From Ktedonobacterales bacterium (GTDB lineage Bacteria > Chloroflexota > Ktedonobacteria > Ktedonobacterales > DATBGS01), in the NCBI GenBank assembly GCA_036557285.1, contig DATBHW010000073.1, positions 551 to 64,550 of the forward strand: a DNA stretch of 64,000 nucleotides. Direction: 5' to 3'. A program made the position numbers and the translations under genes. Positions 27,551 through 36,441 of this stretch are shown piece by piece. The notes below the pieces were generated by a model. That model did not search any database and was not told the DNA's origin. It saw only the letters and a list, made by a program, of their open reading frames with translations. Positions within the stretch are counted from its first letter, which is position 1, and the number at the start of each line of letters is the position of its first letter.

Positions 27551-28390
27551 GTGGGCAACATTTACGATGGCATCCAATCGGCGCTGAATCGGGGCGAACA
27601 GGTAGCGGTGGTGACGATTGTTAAGACGACTGGCTCGTCGCCACGCCCGGCAGGAACGAAGATGCTGGTGCATCTGGATGGCCGGGTGGTGGGTACGCTG
27701 GGCGGCCCACTGCTGGACAGCCGGGGCGCGCAAGACGCGCTGGAAACGCTGAAAGATGGCGTTCCACGCGCGGCGCGCTATACCATCGAGGCCGATACCG
27801 GCGAGACGGCTGGAAGCTGCGGCGGCACGATGGAGGTGTTTGTCGAGGCGGTGCGCCCGGAGCAGCGGTTGATTCTGGTTGGCGGCGGCTATGTGGCCCA
27901 GGCGTTGGCGCGCTTTGCCGAGCATCTGGATTTTCGGCTGCTGGTGGTTGATGATCGCCGCGATCTGGTGAACCCTCAGACGTTCCCCGAAAGCGCGCAG
28001 CTTCATTTTGGCGAGATTCCGCAGATGATTGCGGAGTTGCAGCCCGATAGCTCCACCTGGATTGTGGTGGTCACACGCGGGCATACCCTGGATAAAGAGG
28101 CGCTGCGCGTGGCCTTGCAATCGCCCGCGCCCTACGTGGGCATGATTGGCAGCCCCGGCAAGGTGCGGCGCATCTTCCGCGAGCTACTGCACGAGGGCAT
28201 CCCCCGCGAGCGGCTGGAGCAGGCGCACGCGCCGATTGGCCTGGACCTGGGCGCGGAAACGCCCGATGAGATCGCTCTGGCGATTGCCGCCGAGATGCTG
28301 CTGCTGCGGCGCGGCGGCACAGGCCGTCCGCTGCATCAGATTCATCGCATGCTCGAAGAGGTTGAGGCCAGGGAAACGGCTGGCGGTTGA
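27551..28390 (+). CDS. XdhC/CoxI-family accessory protein
   Basis: N-terminal AVVTIVKTTGSSPRPAGTKMLV and a Rossmann-like LILVGGGYVAQALARFA. GTG start 1 nt after the tpiA stop. Confidence 0.8.
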   Translation: MGNIYDGIQSALNRGEQVAVVTIVKTTGSSPRPAGTKMLVHLDGRVVGTLGGPLLDSRGAQDALETLKDGVPRAARYTIEADTGETAGSCGGTMEVFVEAVRPEQRLILVGGGYVAQALARFAEHLDFRLLVVDDRRDLVNPQTFPESAQLHFGEIPQMIAELQPDSSTWIVVVTRGHTLDKEALRVALQSPAPYVGMIGSPGKVRRIFRELLHEGIPRERLEQAHAPIGLDLGAETPDEIALAIAAEMLLLRRGGTGRPLHQIHRMLEEVEARETAGG

Positions 28391-28407
28391 GATTGCGTCC
28401 CGCCGCC

Positions 28408-28923
28408 TCACTTGCTCGCTTCGACAGAAATGGTGACATCTGTGGTCTGGGTGTCCGATTCGTGCTGCGTGAGCGTGATGGTAGCGAAACGCTGCGCCTT
28501 AAAATACTCCTGGACCAATCCCTGCGGGCCTTCAGGGTTATCATGCAAGAGCCGCCAATGGTTCTTGCCCATCTGCGTCTTGAAAAAGTCGTCCAGCGTT
28601 TTCAAGTCCTGGGGGATGCGATACGCGCAGCTGGTGGTTGCGCCCGTGATTGCGGTGGACCCGACCTGAACGGCGTTATCGGGGATGACAATATCGGGCA
28701 GCTTGCCGCTGCAAGCGGTAAATGGGATGGGGGTGGGGGATGGCGTGCCGCCGACTGTGGGCGTGCCGCCAGGGGTGGCGCTGCCCACAGTGCCTGGGCT
28801 GCTGGCGGCTGTCGGCGTCTGGCTTGCGCCTCTGGTATCCGATTGGCAGCCTGACAGGGCTGCGATCATGAGCAGGGCCAGCAGAACAAAGACGGCGCCC
28901 AGGCGCCGGGTAGGTTGTGACAT
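28408..28923 (-). CDS. Hypothetical lipoprotein
   Basis: Lipobox LMIAALSGC. GGAGG SD upstream of ATG 28923. Confidence 0.6.
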   Translation of the reverse strand: MSQPTRRLGAVFVLLALLMIAALSGCQSDTRGASQTPTAASSPGTVGSATPGGTPTVGGTPSPTPIPFTACSGKLPDIVIPDNAVQVGSTAITGATTSCAYRIPQDLKTLDDFFKTQMGKNHWRLLHDNPEGPQGLVQEYFKAQRFATITLTQHESDTQTTDVTISVEASK

Positions 28924-29003
28924 AGCATCCTCCGCTGCAAACATACTCCTTACCAGTTTCATCTTCCTCACCTCAAAACCTCATCTATTATACCAAATCC
29001 GCG

Positions 29004-29057
29004 TGTAGCGCGTCCCCCCTGCGACGAAACGCTGGCCGCCTGGAAGGCGGCGCTGCA
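29004..29057. repeat. Family-A degenerate fragment
   Basis: TGTAGCGCGTCC...GCCGCCTGGAAGGCGGCGCTGCA. Confidence 0.6.
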
Positions 29058-29186
29058 AGTACAACGCGCCTCTTCAAGCGAACTTAGGATAAACTGTCCT
29101 TCTAGTTCTGTCCTTTTGACCGGGGTATCGCCAGGCGAGGCATGTTACAATCTGAGGAGTAAACGCTTCGATCAGAGGAGTGTACC

Positions 29187-30485
29187 ATGTTGCTTGACCG
29201 CCTGGGTTGGCGGCGCTTTGGGCGCGATGTCTGGCTGTTGTTGATCTTTACGTTGGGCAAAGGTTTTCAATTGAGCATCGGCGCGGTGACGATTAACCTG
29301 TATGTCTATAGCCTGGGCTATCGGCAAGATTTTGTGGGTCTGTTTGCCGGAATGTCGGCGCTGGGTGGACTCTTGATGGCGGTTCCGGCGGGCATGATTT
29401 CTGATCGGCTGGGCAGAAAGCCGGTGCTGCTCTTTACCGGCCTGATTACCCCGCTGACCCTGGTCGCTATTGCCTTCAGTACTTCCGAGTCGGCGCTGCT
29501 GGTTTCTGCCCTGCTCAATGGCCTGTTTGCCTCGTTCTACTGGGTGACGGCGATACCGATGCTGGCGGAAAGCGTGGGCGATGACGAGCGTGTCGGGGCG
29601 CTGGCGATGAACAGCTTTTTATTGCTGGGCCTTGGCGCGCTGGGCAGCCTGGTCGGAGGCTTTGTCCCTGAGCTTGTGGCGATGGTGATTCATCAGCCCG
29701 CTACCGATCCTGTGCCGCTGCGTATCGGGGTGCTGGCGGCGGCGGCGATAGTCGTACTGGCCGCGCTGCCGCTGTTCTGGCTGCGCGCGCCAGCAGCCAG
29801 AAAGCAGCGAAAAACCAGAAGCGGCGAACAGCCCGCATCACCACGCCAGGGGCAGGCCGAAATCCGCCAGGACGCGCAGACCAGGACGCCCCCGGCAGCT
29901 TCGCGGCGCTCGATTCTGGTCCTGTTTGCCATGCTGCTCATCCCTGATCTGTTCATTACGTTTGGTGAGGGCATCGTGGTGGGCTTGCTGCAACTCTTCT
30001 TTTTCCTCAAGTTTGGCTTGCAGCCAGGCGCGCTGGGCGGCCTGTTCACCATTGCCGGGCTTTTGGGCGGGCTGGGCGGGCTGGGCGCGCCCCTGGTGGT
30101 GAAACGCTGGGGGAAACTGCGCACAACGACCAGCTTGCAACTGGCGACGGCTCCGGTAATGCTGATTACCGGCTTTGCGCCCTGGCTGGCTGTTGCGGCA
30201 GGGGGCGAATATACGCGCACGCTGATGCGGGCGCTGATCGATCCGGTGTATTCGGCCTTCGCTCTTGAGCAGCTTCCCGAAGAACGCCGCGCAACCGGCT
30301 TCGGCTTTTATTCCGTGACCTGGGGCCTGGGCTACAGCCTGGGTCCGGCGCTGGGTGGCTGGCTTCAGGCGCGGGTGGGCCTGTCGGCGTCGTTTATCGT
30401 GGGGGCGCTCTGCCTGACGATAGCTCCCACGCTGCTGCTCATGTTCTTTGGCCGCCGCCGGGGCGCAGCATCATTGCCTGTGTGA
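29187..30485 (+). CDS. MFS transporter
   Basis: 12-TM profile, with the MISDRLGRKP loop motif between TM2 and TM3. Confidence 0.8.
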   Translation: MLLDRLGWRRFGRDVWLLLIFTLGKGFQLSIGAVTINLYVYSLGYRQDFVGLFAGMSALGGLLMAVPAGMISDRLGRKPVLLFTGLITPLTLVAIAFSTSESALLVSALLNGLFASFYWVTAIPMLAESVGDDERVGALAMNSFLLLGLGALGSLVGGFVPELVAMVIHQPATDPVPLRIGVLAAAAIVVLAALPLFWLRAPAARKQRKTRSGEQPASPRQGQAEIRQDAQTRTPPAASRRSILVLFAMLLIPDLFITFGEGIVVGLLQLFFFLKFGLQPGALGGLFTIAGLLGGLGGLGAPLVVKRWGKLRTTTSLQLATAPVMLITGFAPWLAVAAGGEYTRTLMRALIDPVYSAFALEQLPEERRATGFGFYSVTWGLGYSLGPALGGWLQARVGLSASFIVGALCLTIAPTLLLMFFGRRRGAASLPV

Positions 30486-30532
30486 TGAGTTTCAGCAGGG
30501 AAGGCTAGAAATAGAATGAGAGCAATTTCCCT

Positions 30533-31795
30533 ATGTTGCGCAACCGGACGCTGCTCGCAGTTTCGATAGCTGTCTGCGCGGCTTATATTGGTATTGGCAT
30601 GGTGGTGCCGGTGCGCGTCTTGTACGCGCAGTCTCAGGGGGCCACTCTGGCGATCATCGGGGCGATGGCCTCAGCCTATCTGATCTCGAATTTCATCTTT
30701 CAATATCCAAGCGGCTGGTTGGCGGATCGCTGGGGGCGCAAGCCGATGATTGTGTGCAGCCTGCTGCTTCAAGCCGCGCTCTCGCTGGTCTATCTGGTAA
30801 TTGTTGACCCTCTCTTGTTTGTCGTGCTGCGCTTCGCCGAGGGCATGGTCGCAGCCGCGTTTCTGCCTTCAGCGCGGGCGCTGATTGCGGATGCCGTGCC
30901 TACGGAGAAACGCGGCGAGTCCTACGGCATTTTTAGCGCCTTTTTCAACGCTGGCTTTCTCGTCGGGCCGGCGCTGGGTGGCCTGCTCGGTGGCCTGGGC
31001 TATACCCTGCCGTTTATCGGCGCGGCCCTCTTTCGTCTGGTGGCGCTGGCGCTGGTCCTGGTGATGATTCAGGCGCCAGCGCGGCGGCAGCAGCATGAAG
31101 AAAGCGAGTCCTCTGTCCGGCTGCGCGCGCTCTTTACTATGCCGCTGGTTGGCAGTTATCTGCTGGCCTTTGGTGACTATCTCTACCTGGGTTTTGATCT
31201 GGCGCTGGTCCCCCTGTGGATGCACGACCATTTAGGGGCGTCGGTGGAATGGATCGGCGCATCCTATATTTTCTGGGCGATTCCGGGGATTCTGCTGGCG
31301 CCGCTCGCCGGACGCATTGCAGACCGGCGACGGCGCTCGACGATGATGCTGGTCTTTGGCTTGAGCCAGGTACCGCTCTATATGGTGTATGGCCTCTCAA
31401 ACTGGTTTTTCCTGGTAGCGGCGCTTTATCTGGCGCATGGGACATTGTATGCTTTTATCCAGCCCGCCGTTGATTCGCACGTGGCGACAGCAGCCGCCAG
31501 CCAGGCGCGGGCGCGGGTTATGGGGATGTATTCGACCTTCGGTCTGCTTGGCGCGTTCGTTGGGGCGAACGGCTTGAGCCTGCTCTATGGCTGGAACTTT
31601 CGCGCTCCGCTCTTCGCTATGGGTATCGGCTATGGCGCGTGCGTCTTGATCGGTGGCCTGCTGATCCGCCAGGCGGAGAAACAGCATCGCTGGCTCTACC
31701 AGCCCAGGGATGGCGCAGCCCAGGCGGCGCTTCCGGCAGGCGTCCAGGCAGGTATGCAAGCGGCTGAGCGCCACGAAGCGGAAGTAACTGACTAA
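30533..31795 (+). CDS. MFS transporter (drug/H+ antiporter-like)
   Basis: GWLADRWGRKP motif and a 12-TM profile. Confidence 0.85.
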   Translation: MLRNRTLLAVSIAVCAAYIGIGMVVPVRVLYAQSQGATLAIIGAMASAYLISNFIFQYPSGWLADRWGRKPMIVCSLLLQAALSLVYLVIVDPLLFVVLRFAEGMVAAAFLPSARALIADAVPTEKRGESYGIFSAFFNAGFLVGPALGGLLGGLGYTLPFIGAALFRLVALALVLVMIQAPARRQQHEESESSVRLRALFTMPLVGSYLLAFGDYLYLGFDLALVPLWMHDHLGASVEWIGASYIFWAIPGILLAPLAGRIADRRRRSTMMLVFGLSQVPLYMVYGLSNWFFLVAALYLAHGTLYAFIQPAVDSHVATAAASQARARVMGMYSTFGLLGAFVGANGLSLLYGWNFRAPLFAMGIGYGACVLIGGLLIRQAEKQHRWLYQPRDGAAQAALPAGVQAGMQAAERHEAEVTD

Positions 31796-31829
31796 TCGCA
31801 GGCCAGCAATAGAAAGAGGTAGTCTTCTG

Positions 31830-32897
31830 GTGAACATCGCCTTGAACAGTTCAACGGGAATTGAACAGGTTAACAATATTTTGCGCGAGGTGATTGGCCG
31901 CTTCGAGCTATCCTTCCCAGGACGCATACGAAGCTACTTGCTCGGCGGCAGCTACAGCGATGGAAGCGCGGTTGGTTACAACCGTTCCCCTAACTCCAGC
32001 GATATTGACCTGTTCGTCATCTTCCGGGGTACCATCAAGGAAACTGAGGAGTCGGCCTTCCACAGCGTGGTGGAGGAGTGCCAACGCCTCAGCCCGCTGG
32101 CGCTCGACGCGCATGCCTATTCGGAGGATGACCTGTTGCAGCCGCCGCGCCCTGAAGCCACCCAGACGAGCTTTCTCACCGCGCTCATCAAGGGCGCCAG
32201 TCTGCTCGTCTATGGCAACGACCTTCGGATGGAGTTGCCCGCTGTGCCATTCTCGCGCTACGTCCTCGATGTCATCGAATCCGGGGTGTTCCACCTGGGC
32301 ATTCCGCGCCAGAGGGAAGCGCTCGCTTACCCGTTAATGACACCCCTCGCGCCGCCGCTCGCATACCCTGATCCTGAGGGTGAGTTTTATGGCTATGATG
32401 CTGTACCCGCGCGGCCAGATGCCCCACGCGGGACGCGTGTGCTGGTTGCTATTACCGCATGGATCGCTACGCTAATCCTCGCGCTGGAGACCGGGCGTTA
32501 TGCCGGCCAGAAGACTCAGAGCATCCGACTGTGCAAAGAGCATCTTCCCAACGATCATAGGGCGCAACTCGCGGCGACCATCTATATCGCTTGCAAGGGG
32601 GCATGGCGCTATGGGCTTCCTGAAGGCAAAGAGGGCCGTGAGCGGCTGCGCGGCTGGTGTCAAGAGACGCTTGCCCTGGAGAACGAATATTTGCGGCTCT
32701 GTCGCGGCTACATACTGGCTCAATTGCAGCAGGGTGGGACAGATGAGCAGCGGCAGGCGGCCAGTATCTTGCAGAGTGTCATCTATAGGGATAAAGAGAT
32801 TGTGTCGGCCCTCACTGCTCTGGCGCAGCCCCCACCTCAGATGGGGTCTCTCGACTTTCGAGAGACCCCATCTGAAAGGTTTGGCAAGCAGCGTTGA
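31830..32897 (+). CDS. Nucleotidyltransferase-domain protein (ANT/pol-beta-like)
   Basis: GGSYSDGSAV...SDIDLFVIF matches the GS-(x)n-DxD NTase signature. The C-terminal helical domain is of unknown function. Confidence 0.6.
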   Translation: MNIALNSSTGIEQVNNILREVIGRFELSFPGRIRSYLLGGSYSDGSAVGYNRSPNSSDIDLFVIFRGTIKETEESAFHSVVEECQRLSPLALDAHAYSEDDLLQPPRPEATQTSFLTALIKGASLLVYGNDLRMELPAVPFSRYVLDVIESGVFHLGIPRQREALAYPLMTPLAPPLAYPDPEGEFYGYDAVPARPDAPRGTRVLVAITAWIATLILALETGRYAGQKTQSIRLCKEHLPNDHRAQLAATIYIACKGAWRYGLPEGKEGRERLRGWCQETLALENEYLRLCRGYILAQLQQGGTDEQRQAASILQSVIYRDKEIVSALTALAQPPPQMGSLDFRETPSERFGKQR

Positions 32898-32903
32898 ACA
32901 GGT

Positions 32904-34517
32904 CTATTTGGCTTTCACCATCTCGGCGGCCTCGCTGTGGCGCGGTTCCGGGCGGATGCCTGGGCAGCGTTGGGCCAGGGCATGGACTACCAGCGGCAGC
33001 GTCAGGGTCGAGTCGGCGCTGGAGAGCATCGCTTCCAGCGCGGGGAATGGCTCCGTTCCGCCCAGCGTGACGCTGTAGCGATAGGCCAGGGGCGTCGGGC
33101 TGAGCCGCGCCGCCTGGCGCAGCATCTCCGCAGGCGCGGCTGCGCGGCTGCCCACCAGGATCACGCCTGAATGCCGGGCGCTGGCGAGCGTGCCAGCCAG
33201 TTCCAGCGCGTCGCCGGTGGTGTCGAACTGGATGTGTCCCTTGCCCTGAGTGCGCGCGGCGGCCAGCGCCACCCCAATGGGGCTGCTGGCGATGTCGGGC
33301 GCGTAGATCGGGATGCCCATCTCGGCGGCGGCCTGAATGATGCCCTTGCGTGGGGCCATGTGTCGCAGCGCCGCGCCCAGCCGCCGAAAAAATGCGCTCG
33401 TCGTCAGGGTGGTCGCCTCCGCCAGCGTGGCGCTGAAATCAATCAGCAGCGTTTCGGTCTGGCGCAGTTCCTCGCGGGAGGCAGCCAGATCGGCGGTGCG
33501 TTCATAGCCGCTGGCAAAGAGCGCCACATCGGTGACGTGCGCGGCGCTCTGATAATGCCTGGAGCCGCGCGCCTCGTGCAGATCATGGAAGAGATTTTCG
33601 GCGCTGACGATCAGCCCGTTGATGGCGCGATGCTCGATCAGATAGACGAGCAGTTCGCGCAGCCCGGCGGGAATCAGCGGGCCGGAAAGTCCCAGCAAGA
33701 TCGTAGAGTCTGCGTCGCGCAGCATGCGTTCCCAGAGGTTGAGCGCGGCGGCGAGCCGCTGTCCTTCGGAACCCAGCCCGCTCATTTTGTCCAGCAGACC
33801 ACTGATCGAGGCGGTTGGGTTGATCTGGATCGGTTCGGTGGGGAGCATCTCTGGCGCAGCGGCGGGCGTGGCGCTGGCTCTGTGCGCCTTGCCCTTGCTG
33901 TTCCCTTTGTCGGCGCTGTGCGCCGGGTCCGGCGCTGCTGCTCCGTAGGTTCCGTAGTCGGGAGTGACCCCATATTGCGGCCAGATCATACGACCTGTCT
34001 GATTGAACTGCTCGTCACGTCGGGCCAGATGCTCGCGCACGCCATCTTTCTTGTCTGCCAGGGATGCGAGGTCTGCGGCGCGGCGGCCAGCAGCCCTCAG
34101 CAGCGGTTGGCCGGTTTCGGCGTCGCTGCCAAACGCACCATGATGTGGCCCATGAAAGCTGAGACCGCGCTGCAACAGGACGCGATCCATCTCCTGCACC
34201 TCAAGGGCTTCTTTGATATAGGTGATGGCGGTCTCGTGGTCGAAGTTGCGACACGAGAAAATGTCCATCGTAAAGTAGTCGAGTTCGGGGAAGGTGTGGA
34301 TGGCGATATGGCTTTCGGCGATGACAACAAGGCCAGACACGCCGGAGTATTCCGGGTCGGGGGCCTGGTATTCGAACATATACGGCCCGCCGATTTTCGT
34401 CATGCCAATCGCGCGAGGGTAGTCGTTGAGGAGTTGTTCAATCAGAATCCGGTCGCCAAGCTTTTGGGTGTTGCACTTGCTCCCATCAATAATCAGGTGA
34501 GGGCCGAACAACTTCAC
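32904..34517 (-). CDS. Fusion protein: pyruvoyl AdoMetDC/SpeD-like decarboxylase (N-terminal) plus deoxyhypusine-synthase-like domain (C-terminal)
   Basis: N-terminal ~120 aa: GPHLIIDG...VSGLVVIAESHIAIHTFPE (ES|H self-cleavage site). A ~110-aa Ala/Pro-rich linker follows. C-terminal: ILLGLSGPLIPAGLRELLVYLIEHRAINGLIVSAENLFHDL...RHY, GIPIYAPDIASSPIG and DSTLTLPL, like DHS family motifs. GTG start with AAGGAG. Confidence 0.75.
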   Translation of the reverse strand: MKLFGPHLIIDGSKCNTQKLGDRILIEQLLNDYPRAIGMTKIGGPYMFEYQAPDPEYSGVSGLVVIAESHIAIHTFPELDYFTMDIFSCRNFDHETAITYIKEALEVQEMDRVLLQRGLSFHGPHHGAFGSDAETGQPLLRAAGRRAADLASLADKKDGVREHLARRDEQFNQTGRMIWPQYGVTPDYGTYGAAAPDPAHSADKGNSKGKAHRASATPAAAPEMLPTEPIQINPTASISGLLDKMSGLGSEGQRLAAALNLWERMLRDADSTILLGLSGPLIPAGLRELLVYLIEHRAINGLIVSAENLFHDLHEARGSRHYQSAAHVTDVALFASGYERTADLAASREELRQTETLLIDFSATLAEATTLTTSAFFRRLGAALRHMAPRKGIIQAAAEMGIPIYAPDIASSPIGVALAAARTQGKGHIQFDTTGDALELAGTLASARHSGVILVGSRAAAPAEMLRQAARLSPTPLAYRYSVTLGGTEPFPALEAMLSSADSTLTLPLVVHALAQRCPGIRPEPRHSEAAEMVKAK

Positions 34518-34671
34518 GCTCCTTACACGGCCACAGGGCCGCTAACTATTGCCTGTATGGAAGCAGGCGATATACCAGGAAAGATAGCTGCCAAGCAAGG
34601 TATTGGGCAGTTTGCGGGTGGTCAGCGTACTGCCATCGGTACTCATACAGTCGGTCCTTTCGTACTCCGAC

Positions 34672-34709
34672 AAAAAACACCCCAAAAACACGCGCGTTCG
34701 CATGTTTTT
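34672..34709 (-). terminator. Terminator/attenuator-like hairpin inside the SpeD-DHS leader
   Basis: Minus-strand AAAAACATGCG-AACG-CGCGTGTTTTTGGGGTGTTTTTTG. The 7-bp core stem includes a G-U pair that would be a C-A mismatch on the plus strand. Confidence 0.3.
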
Positions 34710-34832
34710 GCCAGGGCCTGCCCAGCGAGGGGTGCGCGGGTGTCCGTTCGGTTGAAGTCCTGCGTTTGTGGAGCGGCGCCCACACTGACGCCTGCTCAGG
34801 TAAACTACGATGAACTACAAGGCACTGGTGAG

Positions 34833-34862
34833 AGTATAGCATATGGCGCTATGAATACGCAA
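34833..34862 (-). promoter_or_regulatory. Putative promoter of the SpeD-DHS fusion gene leader
   Basis: On the minus strand, TTGCGT-N18-TATACT with a TGC extended -10 box. It lies ~310 nt upstream of the GTG start. Confidence 0.4.
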
Positions 34863-34970
34863 AGGGAACGGCGCGGGTTGCAGCACGTTGCCAATGCGCA
34901 GCGAGCAGCGTACAATTAGAAACAATCTTTCTAAGAACACCATCTTTCTACTCAGGAGACGAAGCCGCCA

Positions 34971-36047
34971 ATGACGGATTTCAAGTCTTTTCCCATCTTT
35001 GATGGACACAACGATACGCTGCTGGCTCTGCATTTTGCCGAGCGCGGGGGCGGACGGAGTTTCTTTACTCAGAGCGAAAGCGGCCACCTTGATCTGCCTC
35101 GCGCCCGGCTCGGTGGGTTTGGTGGAGGCTTCTTCGCTATCTTTCCGGCTGCTCCTTCGACAAATCGGCACATGAAAGAGCAACTCGCCACAAGCGAAAC
35201 CGGCTACGAGGTCCAGCCCTTCCCGGCCATCGATCCGGCCTATGCCCAGCAATTCACGCTCGCGGTGGCGGCGCGCCTGTTCCGGCTGGAGGCCGAGTCA
35301 GCCGGGCAGGTCAGGGTGGTGCGCGGCGTTGATGCCCTTCGTTCCTGCCTTCAGGAAGGCGTTCTGGCGGTTGTCTTGCATTTCGAGGGGGCTGAGGCGA
35401 TTGCCCCGGACCTCGATGCGCTGGAGGTCTTTTACCAGGCGGGATTGCGTTCGTTGGGCATCGTCTGGAGCCGCCCGAATATCTTTGGGCATGGCGTTCC
35501 CTTCAAGTTTCCCCATTCGCCCGATACCGGCCCAGGACTCACCGACGCTGGCCGTGAACTGGTGCGCGCCTGCAACCGATTGGGCATTATGCTTGATCTG
35601 GCGCACCTGAACGAACAGGGCTTTTGGGACGTGGCGCGCCTGTCGGACGCGCCGCTGGTGGTGACGCATGCCGCCGCGCACGCGCTCTGCCCCTCGACGC
35701 GCAACCTGACCGATAAGCAATTGGAGGCGATCAGGGCGTCCGAAGGGATGGTCGGGCTGATCTTCGAGACGGCGAATTTGCGCGAGGACGCTGCTGAGAA
35801 CCCTGATACCCCGCTGGACGTGCTGATTCGCCACCTGGAGTATCTGGTAGAGCATCTAGGTATAGACAGCGTTGGTTTTGGCTCGGACTATGATGGCGGG
35901 ATTGTTCCCCCACAAGACCTGCATGATGTTTCAGGGCTGCCCAGGCTGCTGGCCGCCTTGCAGGCGCGTGGCTATGATGACGCGGCCCTGCGCAAAATCA
36001 CCCACGAGAACTGGTTACGGGTGCTGGGCAAAAGCTGGCGCGCCTGA
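34971..36047 (+). CDS. Membrane (renal-type) dipeptidase, peptidase M19
   Basis: FDGHNDTLL, the HFEGAE pattern and the DYDG motif. Confidence 0.9.
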   Translation: MTDFKSFPIFDGHNDTLLALHFAERGGGRSFFTQSESGHLDLPRARLGGFGGGFFAIFPAAPSTNRHMKEQLATSETGYEVQPFPAIDPAYAQQFTLAVAARLFRLEAESAGQVRVVRGVDALRSCLQEGVLAVVLHFEGAEAIAPDLDALEVFYQAGLRSLGIVWSRPNIFGHGVPFKFPHSPDTGPGLTDAGRELVRACNRLGIMLDLAHLNEQGFWDVARLSDAPLVVTHAAAHALCPSTRNLTDKQLEAIRASEGMVGLIFETANLREDAAENPDTPLDVLIRHLEYLVEHLGIDSVGFGSDYDGGIVPPQDLHDVSGLPRLLAALQARGYDDAALRKITHENWLRVLGKSWRA

Positions 36048-36182
36048 AGCGGGCTGACCAGATACCGCTCTCATGTTCTGACGTTTCGGCATCAAGTTTT
36101 CCGATTCTGGCGCGCGCGAACGGAAGTATCATCTTGGAAGCGCCAGCCATGATGACGAGATGTTCGGTTCAAGATGGCCCTC

Positions 36183-36211
36183 TTGACACTGTAGAATGAG
36201 TGTTCTATAAT
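36183..36211 (+). promoter_or_regulatory. Consensus sigma-70-type promoter
   Basis: TTGACA (36183-36188), a 17-nt spacer and TATAAT (36206-36211). Confidence 0.6.
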
Positions 36212-36218
36212 GAGAGGG

Positions 36219-36340
36219 CAATGGAGTGGGTGATCCCCATTGGCGGAACCTGCTCCTTCATCATCTTCAGTACATTACTGTGTGCTTCCGTGTGCGAGAG
36301 GGCAGCGGCTACGTATTGGCCGCTGCCCTCTCGTTTTTCT
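36219..36340 (+). ncRNA. Candidate ~120-nt sRNA or terminated leader (unknown family)
   Basis: Consensus promoter TTGACA-N17-TATAAT (36183-36211). Intrinsic terminator with a 14-bp perfect stem GAGAGGGCAGCGGC/GCCGCTGCCCTCTC (36296-36332) followed by GTTTTTCTTG. Confidence 0.45.
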
Positions 36341-36368
36341 TGCTTAAAATATCGCATTACGATAGAAT
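36340..36368 (+). promoter_or_regulatory. Putative promoter of the HEAT-repeat gene
   Basis: TTGCTT-N17-TAGAAT directly after the terminator. Confidence 0.4.
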
Positions 36369-36441
36369 GAATTGTGCGGTAGAGAAGGAGAGAGCCGTTT
36401 CTTTCTGTCCGGCTTTTGCGCTTTCAGAGGGGAGGTTTCTT

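Noticed and set aside
33171-34919. 582-aa plus-strand ORF.
   Set aside because: It is antisense to the SpeD-DHS fusion gene and spans the non-coding leader. It has no motifs and a biased Arg/Gly/Ala composition, so it is a shadow ORF.
36221-36370. A 49-codon hydrophobic sORF (MEWVIPIGGTCSFIIFSTLLCASVC...) as a bona fide small-protein gene.
   Set aside because: The strong intrinsic terminator lies inside the ORF, ~30 nt before its stop codon, so the terminated transcript would lack a stop. It is kept only as an alternative within the sRNA finding.
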